From Capsulimonadaceae bacterium (GTDB lineage Bacteria; Armatimonadota; Armatimonadia; Armatimonadales; Capsulimonadaceae), in assembly GCA_965215505.1 (NCBI GenBank), contig OZ244065.1, positions 736,001 to 800,000 of the forward strand: a stretch of 64,000 nucleotides of DNA. The letters run 5' to 3'. The translations under genes and the position numbers were made by a program. The notes under the pieces were generated by a model, which was given only the letters and a program-made list of their open reading frames with translations, was not told where the DNA came from and ran no database searches. Shown here in pieces: positions 31,878-40,337 of this stretch (positions are counted from its first letter, which is position 1; each line of letters opens with the position of its first letter).

Positions 31878-32684
31878 TCAGTCCTTACGCATCAGCAGGG
31901 AGAAGGTGTTGGGGAGTTTGGCGACCATTTCCGGGGGCAGGTTCGGGAACTGCTCCCAATAAGTTTCGGCGTGTTCCTCGATCTTTTCCAGGCGCAGACC
32001 GGCTTGGAGCAGAGGGTTGATGATCTGGCCGAACGTCTTCTGGCTCTCGTACTTCTCAGACAGTTCCTCTTTGGGCTTCGCAAGCTCGCCGATGTAAGTC
32101 GGCCCCCAGCCCTGATGCGCCTGGGCGGCCGTCTGGAAGTAGTCGCCGTAGACGGGGTCGAGGCGCAGGGCGGGCGCTTCGGCGTCCCACACCCAGGTCA
32201 GCGGGTGGCCTTCAAAGACATACAAGCGGCCGCCAGGCGCGAGCAGGCGAGCGACGACGGCGGCCCAGCCGTCCATGTCGTGCAGCCAGTTGATCGCGCC
32301 GCGTCCGGTGTAGACCAGGTCGGCGGTGCCGTCGAGGTGGTGCGGCGTATCTAAGATATCGCAGCAGAACCAGGTTGCAGGAGCTTTCAGGGCCTCAGAC
32401 TTCCGGCGGGCGACGGCGATCATGTCCTCGCTGATGTCCACGCCGACCACCTCTTTTGCCCCCTTGTTCCAGAGCGAGAGCGTGTCCGTGCCGCCCGCGC
32501 ATTGCAGGTGGATGGCCCGGCGGCACCACGAGCCGAGGTCGCGAAGGTACGGCTCCTCGGCCTCGCCGAAGTTCATGCCGCCGGCCCGCAAGAACTCGAT
32601 GCGGTCCTCCGTACCGTCGGCGTAGTCGGCCGCCGCCTCGTTCCAGGCGGCCCGGTTGGACTGGTGCATCTCGCGGACGGTCAT
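31878..32684 (-). CDS. Class I SAM-dependent methyltransferase
   Basis: NRAAWN, HLQC..G.DTLS, GVDIS, DLVYTG.GA..W and EGHP. Start MTVREM at 32684. Confidence 0.88.
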   Translation of the reverse strand: MTVREMHQSNRAAWNEAAADYADGTEDRIEFLRAGGMNFGEAEEPYLRDLGSWCRRAIHLQCAGGTDTLSLWNKGAKEVVGVDISEDMIAVARRKSEALKAPATWFCCDILDTPHHLDGTADLVYTGRGAINWLHDMDGWAAVVARLLAPGGRLYVFEGHPLTWVWDAEAPALRLDPVYGDYFQTAAQAHQGWGPTYIGELAKPKEELSEKYESQKTFGQIINPLLQAGLRLEKIEEHAETYWEQFPNLPPEMVAKLPNTFSLLMRKD

Positions 32685-32722
32685 CGGCGTCTCCAAACAA
32701 ACAGATCCAAACGGACGGAACA

Positions 32723-32749
32723 AGGCCGTGGGGCATTGCCCCACGGCCT
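32723..32749 (-). terminator. Perfect palindrome / terminator after glnK
   Basis: aggccgtggggca-t-tgccccacggcct. Confidence 0.6.
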
Positions 32750-32772
32750 CATTGTACCTGACTCCGTGCCGA

Positions 32773-33114
32773 CTACGAGACGGCGATATCGCCGCGCTCG
32801 CCGGTGCGGATGCGGACGGCTTCCAGAACGGGCGTGACGAAGATCTTGCCGTCGCCGATCTCACCCGTCCGGGCCGCGCCCTCGATGGATTCGACGACGC
32901 GGTCCATCTGCGAGTCGGCGACCACGACGACGATCTGGACTTTGGGCAGCAGGTTGACCTGGTACTCGGACCCGCGGTAGTGCTGCGTGTAGCCCTTCTG
33001 CTTGCCCGCCCCCTTGATCTCGGTGACGCTGATGCCGTGAATGCCCAGTTCGTCCAGGGCGGATTTGACTTCATCCAGTCGGCTGGGGCGAATGATCGCC
33101 TCGATTCTCACCAT
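32773..33114 (-). CDS. glnK: Nitrogen regulatory protein P-II
   Basis: IEAIIRP, G.G.QKG, T-loop YRGSEY and RTGEIGDGKIFV. Directly downstream of amtB. Confidence 0.95.
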   Translation of the reverse strand: MVRIEAIIRPSRLDEVKSALDELGIHGISVTEIKGAGKQKGYTQHYRGSEYQVNLLPKVQIVVVVADSQMDRVVESIEGAARTGEIGDGKIFVTPVLEAVRIRTGERGDIAVS

Positions 33115-33138
33115 GGTCTTTTCTCCTTGTTCTGGGCC

Positions 33139-34704
33139 TTAATCTATGCCCGCCAGGGCCGGGAGGCCCGCGTTGTCGCCGGAGTAGCCTTCCTCGCCGT
33201 GGTCGGTGATGTCCAGGCCGACCTCCTCGTCATCATCCGGCACGCGCAGGCCGCCGCAGACGACCTTGACGACCGAGCCGATGATGAGTGTCGCCACGAC
33301 GGCCATGATGACCGTCAGCAGTATCGCCTCAAGCTGAGCCACGGGCTGACCCCATGAGGCATCTTTCTGACCGGAGAAGGGTCCACTGGCGACGCCAAGC
33401 TGGGCGCTCCCGCCGGAATTGACCAGAGAGTTAACGGCCCCGTTGGCGAACAGGCCGGTTGCCAGTGCCCCCCACATTCCGCCGCAGGCGTGGACGCCGA
33501 AGACGTCCAAGGCGTCGTCGTAGCGGTTGAGCTTGCCTTTGAGCTGGATCATGGAGAAGCAGATCGGGGACACGATCAGTCCGATCAGCAGGGCATCAAA
33601 GGCGTTCACGAAGCCGCAGGCGGGGGTGATTGCGACGAGGCCCGCGACCGCGCCCGACCCGAAGCCGACCGCCGTGGGCTTCTTGAACCGTATCCACTCG
33701 ATGACGGTCCAGGACATGGCGGCGGCGGCGGTAGCGATGTGCGTGTTGATGAACGCCGCCGTGGCGACGCCGTCGGCGGCGAGCTGCGAACCCGCGTTGA
33801 AGCCGAACCAGCCGAACCACAGCAGGGCGACGCCGATGAGGACCATCGGGACGTTGTGCGGGCGCATCTCCTCCGCGCCGTGGCCGCGCCGCTTGCCGAG
33901 CATCATGCAGAGGACGAGGGCGGAGACGCCTGAAGAAATATGAACGACGGTGCCGCCCGCGAAGTCAATGGCATGGAGCTTGCCGGTGCCGATCAGCCCG
34001 CCATCCCAGACCATGTGCGCCAACGGGTCGTAGAAGAAGGTCGCCCACAGGAGGATGAACAGGCAGTACGCGCCGAACTTCATCCGCTCGGCGACCGCGC
34101 CGGAGATCAGCGCGGGTGTGATGATCGCGAACGTCATCTGGAACAGCATGAAGATCGCGCCGGGAATGGTGGGCGCATTCGAGACGGGCGTCGCGCCCGC
34201 CCCGGCCTGCAACCCCATCCAGCTCATCGGGCTGGCGATGATCAGGTGAAGCGGGCCGTTCACGGCGGTCGGGCCGAAGGCGACCGAGTAGCCCCAGAGC
34301 ATCCACTGGATGCTGATGATGCCGATGGCGACGAAGGACATCATCAGCGTATTCAGGACGTTCTTGGAGCGCACCAGCCCGCCGTAGAAGAGGGCCAGGC
34401 CGGGCGTCATCAGCATGACCAGGGCGGTCGCGACGATCATCCAGGCGGTGTCGCCCCGGCTCGCGCCCTCAGGGGTCAGCGCGGCGTTCGTGATGTTTTT
34501 TAGACTGGAGGAGCTGGAGATGGCCGCGACAGGCTTGACGGTGTCATCCTGCACCATCGTACTGCCGTTGATGTTAGCGGGCGCGGCGGTCGCCGCAGGC
34601 GGCGGAGCAGCGGGCACGGCCGTCGGGGCCTGGGCGTAGACGGTCAGAGACAGCGGCAGGAGCGCCAGCACGCCGAGCGCGTGACGCCAGAAGTTGGGTT
34701 TCAC
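33139..34704 (-). CDS. amtB: Ammonium transporter AmtB with N-terminal signal/extension
   Basis: LM.PGLA.FYGG, FQ.TFA, DFAGG.VVH, LWFGWFGFNAGS and DDALDVFGVH. GTG start at 34704 with AGGAGG RBS. Confidence 0.95.
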   Translation of the reverse strand: MKPNFWRHALGVLALLPLSLTVYAQAPTAVPAAPPPAATAAPANINGSTMVQDDTVKPVAAISSSSSLKNITNAALTPEGASRGDTAWMIVATALVMLMTPGLALFYGGLVRSKNVLNTLMMSFVAIGIISIQWMLWGYSVAFGPTAVNGPLHLIIASPMSWMGLQAGAGATPVSNAPTIPGAIFMLFQMTFAIITPALISGAVAERMKFGAYCLFILLWATFFYDPLAHMVWDGGLIGTGKLHAIDFAGGTVVHISSGVSALVLCMMLGKRRGHGAEEMRPHNVPMVLIGVALLWFGWFGFNAGSQLAADGVATAAFINTHIATAAAAMSWTVIEWIRFKKPTAVGFGSGAVAGLVAITPACGFVNAFDALLIGLIVSPICFSMIQLKGKLNRYDDALDVFGVHACGGMWGALATGLFANGAVNSLVNSGGSAQLGVASGPFSGQKDASWGQPVAQLEAILLTVIMAVVATLIIGSVVKVVCGGLRVPDDDEEVGLDITDHGEEGYSGDNAGLPALAGID

Positions 34705-34802
34705 GGAAAAGCATCCTCCTGAAAGGGGGTTTGAGTGTACCGGGTGCTTCATCGCGTGTGCCGGAGGTTGGTTCACCAGGCGTCTCTGCCGGGAGTGCGC
34801 TT

Positions 34803-34832
34803 AGTCTAGCACAGGCCGGGAACCTTTGTCAA
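34803..34832 (-). promoter_or_regulatory. sigma70-type promoter for amtB-glnK
   Basis: Minus strand TTGACA-N18-TAGACT. Confidence 0.6.
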
Positions 34833-34872
34833 GCCCGCATGCGTACTGCTTCGGGCAATCGTTCTGTCCGCC

Positions 34873-36291
34873 TCATAGGTGGGAGGCAAGATACACCACG
34901 AACTGGTCCTGCGCGCTCCCCGCCTGCCGGGCCGTACCGGGGAAGTTGTTCATCAGCAATGAGAAGGCGTACAGCGCCCCCGAACGGCCCGTGACGTAGC
35001 CGGACAGGGCGCGCACCTGGCCCAAGGTGCCGGTCTTAGCGTGGACGTTATCGGCTGCAAATGTCCCCTTCATACGGCTTTTTAGAGTGCCGTCTACGCC
35101 CGCGATAGGCAGCGAATCGTACCAGACGCGCCAGTCCGGCTTCTGGTGCATGCCCAGGAGCAGGGCGGTCACGGCGCGGGCCGTCACGAAGTTGCGCCGC
35201 CCCACCCCGCAGCCGTCCACCATGCCCAGGGCGGACGTGTCCAGGCCCAGGCCCCGCAGAAATTCTGTTTCGCGCGCATGGCCGATGTCATAAGACAGAG
35301 GCGCGTCGCCGTTCGTGCCGATCAGGCGCACCAGGGACTCGGCCAGCAGGTTGTCGCTGGGCTTGTTCATGCGCGGGAGATACTGTGCCAGCGGGAGGCT
35401 GAGGTGTTCGGCCAGCAGCGCGGTTTGGGCGGGCGTCCTTCCGGTCACAGCCCGGCCTGTCACTTCGATGCCCGCTTTGCCGAGCGACTGCCGCAGCAAG
35501 GTGGCGGCCAGCAGCGGCGGGTCCTGGACGGGGACGTTCTGGTCCAGCACGGCCCCGAGCGGCAGAGTGCCGGTGATGCGAAAATAGTTCTTATCCCAGG
35601 GACGGGCCACGGCGCAGTCGTTCGCCTCCTCCTTCGGTCCTGTCTTCGCGGCGACGACGACCGGCACATAGTCGGTCGGCGGCGTCAGAGTGACGGTCGG
35701 CGGATCGTCCGGCGCTTTGCCCGGCGCGACATGGACACCCAGAACGCCCTCGTTCACTTCCAGGGCCGAAATCTGCGGGAATTCTTCATCGGAGAAGTCG
35801 TCCCACTCCCAGCCGAAGCCGTAAGGCCCATCGGTGAAGAGGCTGCCGTCACCGACGACGTTCCCGTCGATCCGCTTGATGCCCCCCTGGGCCAGCGTTT
35901 GGGCCAAGGCGTCCAGATCGCCCGGCGACAACAGGCCGTCGCCGCCGCCGCGCAGATACAGGCTGCCGTGAACCGTGCCCGCTGCGTCCGGCTTCGCGTC
36001 CGCTTGTATCCTGGTGTGTATCTGGAACCCGTCCCCCAGCACTTCCAGGGCGGCGGCCGAGGTGAACAGCTTGCGGTTGGAGGCGGGGATCAGCCGCGTG
36101 TCGGCGTCATGCGCGTACACAACCTGCCCGTCATCCACGCGGCAGACGATGGCCCCCGTGACGCCGCCTTTCAGGCCGGGAGCCTCTAGCGTCTTGTCGA
36201 GGGCAGGGGCCAGCGAATCCTGCGCGCGGGCCGGTGCGAGGGAAGCGAGCAGTAGGAGCGCGGCCAGCAAAACGGGACGGTGAATCGTCAT
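34873..36291 (-). CDS. dacB: D-Ala-D-Ala carboxypeptidase/endopeptidase (S13, PBP4)
   Basis: Signal peptide; PASNRK (SxxK), SDN and KTG motifs. Confidence 0.93.
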   Translation of the reverse strand: MTIHRPVLLAALLLLASLAPARAQDSLAPALDKTLEAPGLKGGVTGAIVCRVDDGQVVYAHDADTRLIPASNRKLFTSAAALEVLGDGFQIHTRIQADAKPDAAGTVHGSLYLRGGGDGLLSPGDLDALAQTLAQGGIKRIDGNVVGDGSLFTDGPYGFGWEWDDFSDEEFPQISALEVNEGVLGVHVAPGKAPDDPPTVTLTPPTDYVPVVVAAKTGPKEEANDCAVARPWDKNYFRITGTLPLGAVLDQNVPVQDPPLLAATLLRQSLGKAGIEVTGRAVTGRTPAQTALLAEHLSLPLAQYLPRMNKPSDNLLAESLVRLIGTNGDAPLSYDIGHARETEFLRGLGLDTSALGMVDGCGVGRRNFVTARAVTALLLGMHQKPDWRVWYDSLPIAGVDGTLKSRMKGTFAADNVHAKTGTLGQVRALSGYVTGRSGALYAFSLLMNNFPGTARQAGSAQDQFVVYLASHL

Positions 36292-36737
36292 TCAGCAAAC
36301 CTCTTCGTGAAGTAGTAACCGTCATTACTCATGCCGACCGCGCCGTAGGTCTGATGCGCGGCGGTGCGCGCGTAGCCGGACTCCAGCCGCACCCAGTCGC
36401 ATCCGCGCTCCGCCGCCAGCGAAAAAGCCCGCTCCAAAAGGGCGCGGGCCACCCCCCTGCCGCGAGCCGCTTCGGTCACGATCAGGTCAGGAACCCAGCC
36501 CTGCGGGTGAACATAGTTGAGGTGTTCGCGGAACACCAGCGAGAGAAAGCCGACGATTTTTCCGTCGGCTTCGGCCACAAGAGACGCCGTCTGCGGGTCG
36601 GCGACGTGCCGCTCATAGACGGCCTGCGCCGCGTCCGCCATCTCGGGCGTCAGGCGCGGGCGGCCGAGTTCGGCCAGCAGGGCGGCGACCGGGAGGAAGT
36701 CGGCGGAGGTGATCGGGCGGACGAGGATTTCGCTCAT
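36288..36737 (-). CDS. GNAT family N-acetyltransferase
   Basis: ARGRGVARAL and AH..Y. Start MSEILVR at 36737 with TATAAT 6 nt upstream. Confidence 0.88.
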   Translation of the reverse strand: MSEILVRPITSADFLPVAALLAELGRPRLTPEMADAAQAVYERHVADPQTASLVAEADGKIVGFLSLVFREHLNYVHPQGWVPDLIVTEAARGRGVARALLERAFSLAAERGCDWVRLESGYARTAAHQTYGAVGMSNDGYYFTKRFAE

Positions 36738-36821
36738 GGCGTCATTATACACGCTTCCTTTGCCTCCGGCAAGCATGAGGCCGGGGAGGAATCCCCCTTC
36801 CTTCCCCCGAACTAGACTCCC

Positions 36822-37493
36822 ATGACACCTTTGGGAGCCATCTTTGACTGTGACGGCCTGCTGGCCGACACCGAGACGCCGGACTACGACGCCTGGCGCA
36901 TGGTCTACGAGGAGCAGGGCCTGCACCTGCCCGTCGCGCTCTGGGCGGAGAGCATCGGGACTGCGAAGGGCCATGACCGAAACGACTGGCACACGCCGCT
37001 GGCCGAGCGGGTCGGGGCGGGCTACGACCGGGAGGCGACCCAGGCGCGTCGGCGCGCGCACTATCAGGAGGCCATCGGGCGGCTGACGCCGATGCCGGGC
37101 GTCCTGGCCCTGCTGGACGCGCTGGACGAGGCCGTTATCCCCTGCGCCGTCGCCTCTAACTCTGAGCGCGCCTGGGTGGACCGCGTGCTGAACATCACCG
37201 GCCTGACGTCCCGCTTCCGGGTGATCGCCACGGCTGACGAGGTCGCGCGCCCCAAGCCAGCACCCGACGTGTATCTGCTGGCCGCCGAGCGGCTGGGCGT
37301 CGCGCCGGAACACTGCGCGGCTTTCGAGGACTCGCCGCGCGGCCTGGCCGCGGCCCACGCGGCGGGCATGTTCACCGTCGCCGTGCCGACCGCCCTGACC
37401 CGCCACCTGGCGTTCGAGCAGGCGCATCATCTGGTAGAGAGTTTGGAGCGCCTGACCCTGGAACACCTGGGACGTCCACAGGAGAACCAGTGA
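36822..37493 (+). CDS. HAD-superfamily hydrolase (beta-PGM/CbbY-like)
   Basis: FDCDGLL.DTE, ASNS, KP.PD and FEDS..G. Confidence 0.92.
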   Translation: MTPLGAIFDCDGLLADTETPDYDAWRMVYEEQGLHLPVALWAESIGTAKGHDRNDWHTPLAERVGAGYDREATQARRRAHYQEAIGRLTPMPGVLALLDALDEAVIPCAVASNSERAWVDRVLNITGLTSRFRVIATADEVARPKPAPDVYLLAAERLGVAPEHCAAFEDSPRGLAAAHAAGMFTVAVPTALTRHLAFEQAHHLVESLERLTLEHLGRPQENQ

Positions 37494-37955
37494 CATCCCG
37501 TAGGGAGTGTGTCGGGCTTGCCCTACTCGCTGCCACCCTAATCGGTGCCGTCGGGGCCAGTGCTGATCCTGGCGGGCCTGCTATCTCCGGCCTCCGCGTT
37601 GCAAACCGGATGGGGCCGTCGCAGGGAATCGGCACCCGCTTCGCCTGGAGAGTCAGGGCGTCCCGGCAGGGTTCCGTCGTTCAAAGGACGTCCGACGGCG
37701 GCCGGTCGTGGGAGGATAGGACGCCGCCTGGCTTCACCCACTCAGCCCCGGACCTGAACGACGGGGACATTTACCCGTCCAGCTTCGGGATGAGCGCCCT
37801 GGACTCTCAGCGTTGCTGGATCGCTTTCGTCGGTTTGGGGCGTTCACTGTCCGCCTCCGCAACAATGATCCCGAGATGGAGCAGACCGTCAACTATGTGA
37901 CGCATGACGGCGGTGAACACTGGCACATAGCAGAACCCGTCAGGAGAAAATCCAT
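37490..37955 (+). pseudogene. Truncated/frameshifted secreted BNR (Asp-box) repeat protein
   Basis: A signal peptide and TSDGGRSW are in one frame (37490-37900). A second Asp-box, THDGGEHW, is in another frame (about 37894-37926). Confidence 0.55.
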
Positions 37956-38908
37956 TGACACCCCAAGAAACTGTCCTCGCGCTCACACGCCACATCCGCG
38001 ACACCGTCCGGCCCCACCTGGGGGCGTGGCACGGGCGGCAGATTTCGGGCACGGCGGCGAGCGGCGATGCGACGTTCGGCATTGACGAGATCGCCGAGGA
38101 GGCCATCGTCTCGTTCATCGAGCGCGAGAAGCTGTCCATCGCGTATTACTCAGAAGACAAAGGGCTGATCGAGTTCGGGGAGTCGCCCGAGGCGGTCCTG
38201 ATCATCGACCCAATTGACGGGACGCGGCCCGCCATCGCCGGGTTTGAGGCCTGCGTCGTCTCAGTCGCCTGGGCGGACTACGCGCCCGATGTGACTTTGG
38301 GGGACGTGCGGTTCGGCTGCATCGGCGAGATCAAGAACGACGACCTGTTCTGGGCGGAGCGAGGCGGCGGGGCGCACTGGATCGGGCCGGACGGGGCGGA
38401 GAAGGCCGCGCGGCTCCTGCCCATTGAAGAGATCGCGAAGGCTCCCCTGACGTTTGAGGTGGTCGCCCGGCCCTTTGAATGGATCGGAGTCGCGCTGGGC
38501 GAGATCGTGGACGCCTCTTCCATGACCGGCGGCTGTTTCCTGTTCAACTCGACGGCGTTCTCACTGACGCGCCTGATGACCGGGCAGCTCGCCGCCACCA
38601 TGGACGTCGGCAACCGGCTCCTGCGCGACTTCCCCGCAGGACGGGAGCGGTTCCTCGCGCTCGGATTCGGCCGGCCCATCGGCCTGTTCGCCTATGACAT
38701 CGCCGCCGCCGCTCTGATCGCGCAGGAGGCGGGCGCGGTGGTCACGGACGCCTACGGGGACTCGCTGGACGGGACGCGGCTTCTGGACACGAGCGAGCCG
38801 AATTTACAGTCCATCTTGGGCGCGTCCAACGGAGTCCTGCACGAGAAACTCTTGGCCGCGATCCATTCCGGGTTCGGGCGGCTTCACATCACCGGGGAAA
38901 CTGAATGA
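37955..38908 (+). CDS. Inositol monophosphatase family protein
   Basis: ID..AE, SED, DPIDGT and YDIAAA.LIA.EAG..VTD. TTG start with AGGAG RBS. Confidence 0.88.
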   Translation: MTPQETVLALTRHIRDTVRPHLGAWHGRQISGTAASGDATFGIDEIAEEAIVSFIEREKLSIAYYSEDKGLIEFGESPEAVLIIDPIDGTRPAIAGFEACVVSVAWADYAPDVTLGDVRFGCIGEIKNDDLFWAERGGGAHWIGPDGAEKAARLLPIEEIAKAPLTFEVVARPFEWIGVALGEIVDASSMTGGCFLFNSTAFSLTRLMTGQLAATMDVGNRLLRDFPAGRERFLALGFGRPIGLFAYDIAAAALIAQEAGAVVTDAYGDSLDGTRLLDTSEPNLQSILGASNGVLHEKLLAAIHSGFGRLHITGETE

Positions 38909-39348
38909 GCAAACTGCGCTGGGTGTTGATCGGCGGGGGGCTGGCCGCGCTGGGGTATTGGGGCTGGGGGAGGCGTCACGGGCTGTTCGTCAACGACATC
39001 ACGACGGGCGAGTGCGCGGCCTATCCCGCCCTGCGCTCGCGCGTCTACTATGCGGATGTGGCCCAGGCGATGGCGGCTGGGGAGAAGGCTATCCAAGACT
39101 TGAAGCGCTGGAGTCTGGTGCGGCGGGACGGGGAGAACGATGCGCTGGAGGCCGAAGTGCGGACGCCGATCGGACCCTTCACGGACGACGTGACTGTTTA
39201 CTTCTTCTCGCTAGGGGGCGGTCAGACGCGGGTGACGATCCGCTCCCGGTCGCGCGTGGGCCGGGGCGATCTGGGCCAGAACGCCGTACACATCCGCGAG
39301 CTGCAAAGGGCCATGGACGACCGGCTGAACGGCGGGGCGGCGTTCTAG
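38905..39348 (+). CDS. DUF1499 domain protein
   Basis: NDITT, FTDDV and RSRSRVG.GDLGQNA..I. Confidence 0.85.
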   Translation: MSKLRWVLIGGGLAALGYWGWGRRHGLFVNDITTGECAAYPALRSRVYYADVAQAMAAGEKAIQDLKRWSLVRRDGENDALEAEVRTPIGPFTDDVTVYFFSLGGGQTRVTIRSRSRVGRGDLGQNAVHIRELQRAMDDRLNGGAAF

Positions 39349-39395
39349 GCGGCTTCTGCCCGCCGGGGAAAGGCCCGTTATTGGGAGGAGCGTTG

Positions 39396-40337
39396 ATGCC
39401 ATCATTCCACATCCGTGCCCTAGACCTGCCTCTGGACCCCGACGTCTACCGCCGCTTTCTACCGGAACCGCCGGACACGGCGGAGGCAGAGGAACGGTTT
39501 GCCCACGACATCACTGCGCTCGGTCTGACAGACGTCTGCATGGCGTTCCTGGGCGAATGTGTGGTCGGGGGCGGCGTCGGGCTGGCGCTGCTGAAAGCGG
39601 AGGGAATGTCGGCCGGTCAGGCGAAGGCACTGGTCATTGTCCCGCCCTCGCAGCGTCGCCGGGGCATCGGCAGCGCGCTCCTGGCCGCCCTGGAAGATGC
39701 CGCTCGGCGGCAAGGACGGACGTCGCTCCAGTGCTATGCCCGTCTGGGGGAGGGCACCCTCGCGTTCGCACTCGCGAACGGCTGGCACGAGACGCGGCGG
39801 GAGGTCGTTCAAAGCACCGGGGTGGACGGGGACTCGGGGTTGGCCCCTCCGACCGTCGCCGACGTGTCCTTCGAAGCCCGGCTGGGGCCGTCCCTCAGCC
39901 GGGATGAGGCGGAAGCGGTCTACGGGGCGTATGCGGACGCGGGGCCGGCCTTCGCGGCGTGCGTGCCCCTGGAAGATTTCATCGGACGTGTCACGCAGGA
40001 GCGGCCCTTCAACCAGGTCGCCGTCGCCTGGCGGGGCGGCCAGTGCGTCGGGATGGCCTGGGGCCAGGATGCCGCGCCTGACGCGGTGTTCAACGAGTTT
40101 ACCGGAGTCCGGCCCGCGTCCGCCGGGAGAGGCATCGCCACCTGCCTCAAAATCCTCCTCGTCCAAGCAGCGCGGCAGGCGGGCCGGCCCCACCTGTTCA
40201 CCTGCAACAGCCCCGGCAACGCCTCGATCCTCGCCATCAACCGCAATCTCGGCTACCGGCCCTACTGCGAGCTGGCGGCGCTTGAAAAGGAGACAGGCCC
40301 GGCTTCCCTTCCCTCACGCCCCCACGAGCTGGACTAG
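39396..40337 (+). CDS. Tandem GNAT N-acetyltransferase
   Basis: Two acetyl-CoA motifs (RRRGIGSAL; TGV...GRGIA..LK) and N.SILAINRNLGY. Start at 39396 with GGAGG RBS. Confidence 0.8.
   Translation: MPSFHIRALDLPLDPDVYRRFLPEPPDTAEAEERFAHDITALGLTDVCMAFLGECVVGGGVGLALLKAEGMSAGQAKALVIVPPSQRRRGIGSALLAALEDAARRQGRTSLQCYARLGEGTLAFALANGWHETRREVVQSTGVDGDSGLAPPTVADVSFEARLGPSLSRDEAEAVYGAYADAGPAFAACVPLEDFIGRVTQERPFNQVAVAWRGGQCVGMAWGQDAAPDAVFNEFTGVRPASAGRGIATCLKILLVQAARQAGRPHLFTCNSPGNASILAINRNLGYRPYCELAALEKETGPASLPSRPHELD

Noticed and set aside
31878..33074. ORF-track N-terminal extensions (also 484-2094, 4061-5767, 6219-9356, 36288-37496, 38958-40337, 44872-46320)
   Set aside because: The extensions overlap neighbouring genes in other frames. 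Downstream starts with an RBS or coupled stop/start junctions fit better.
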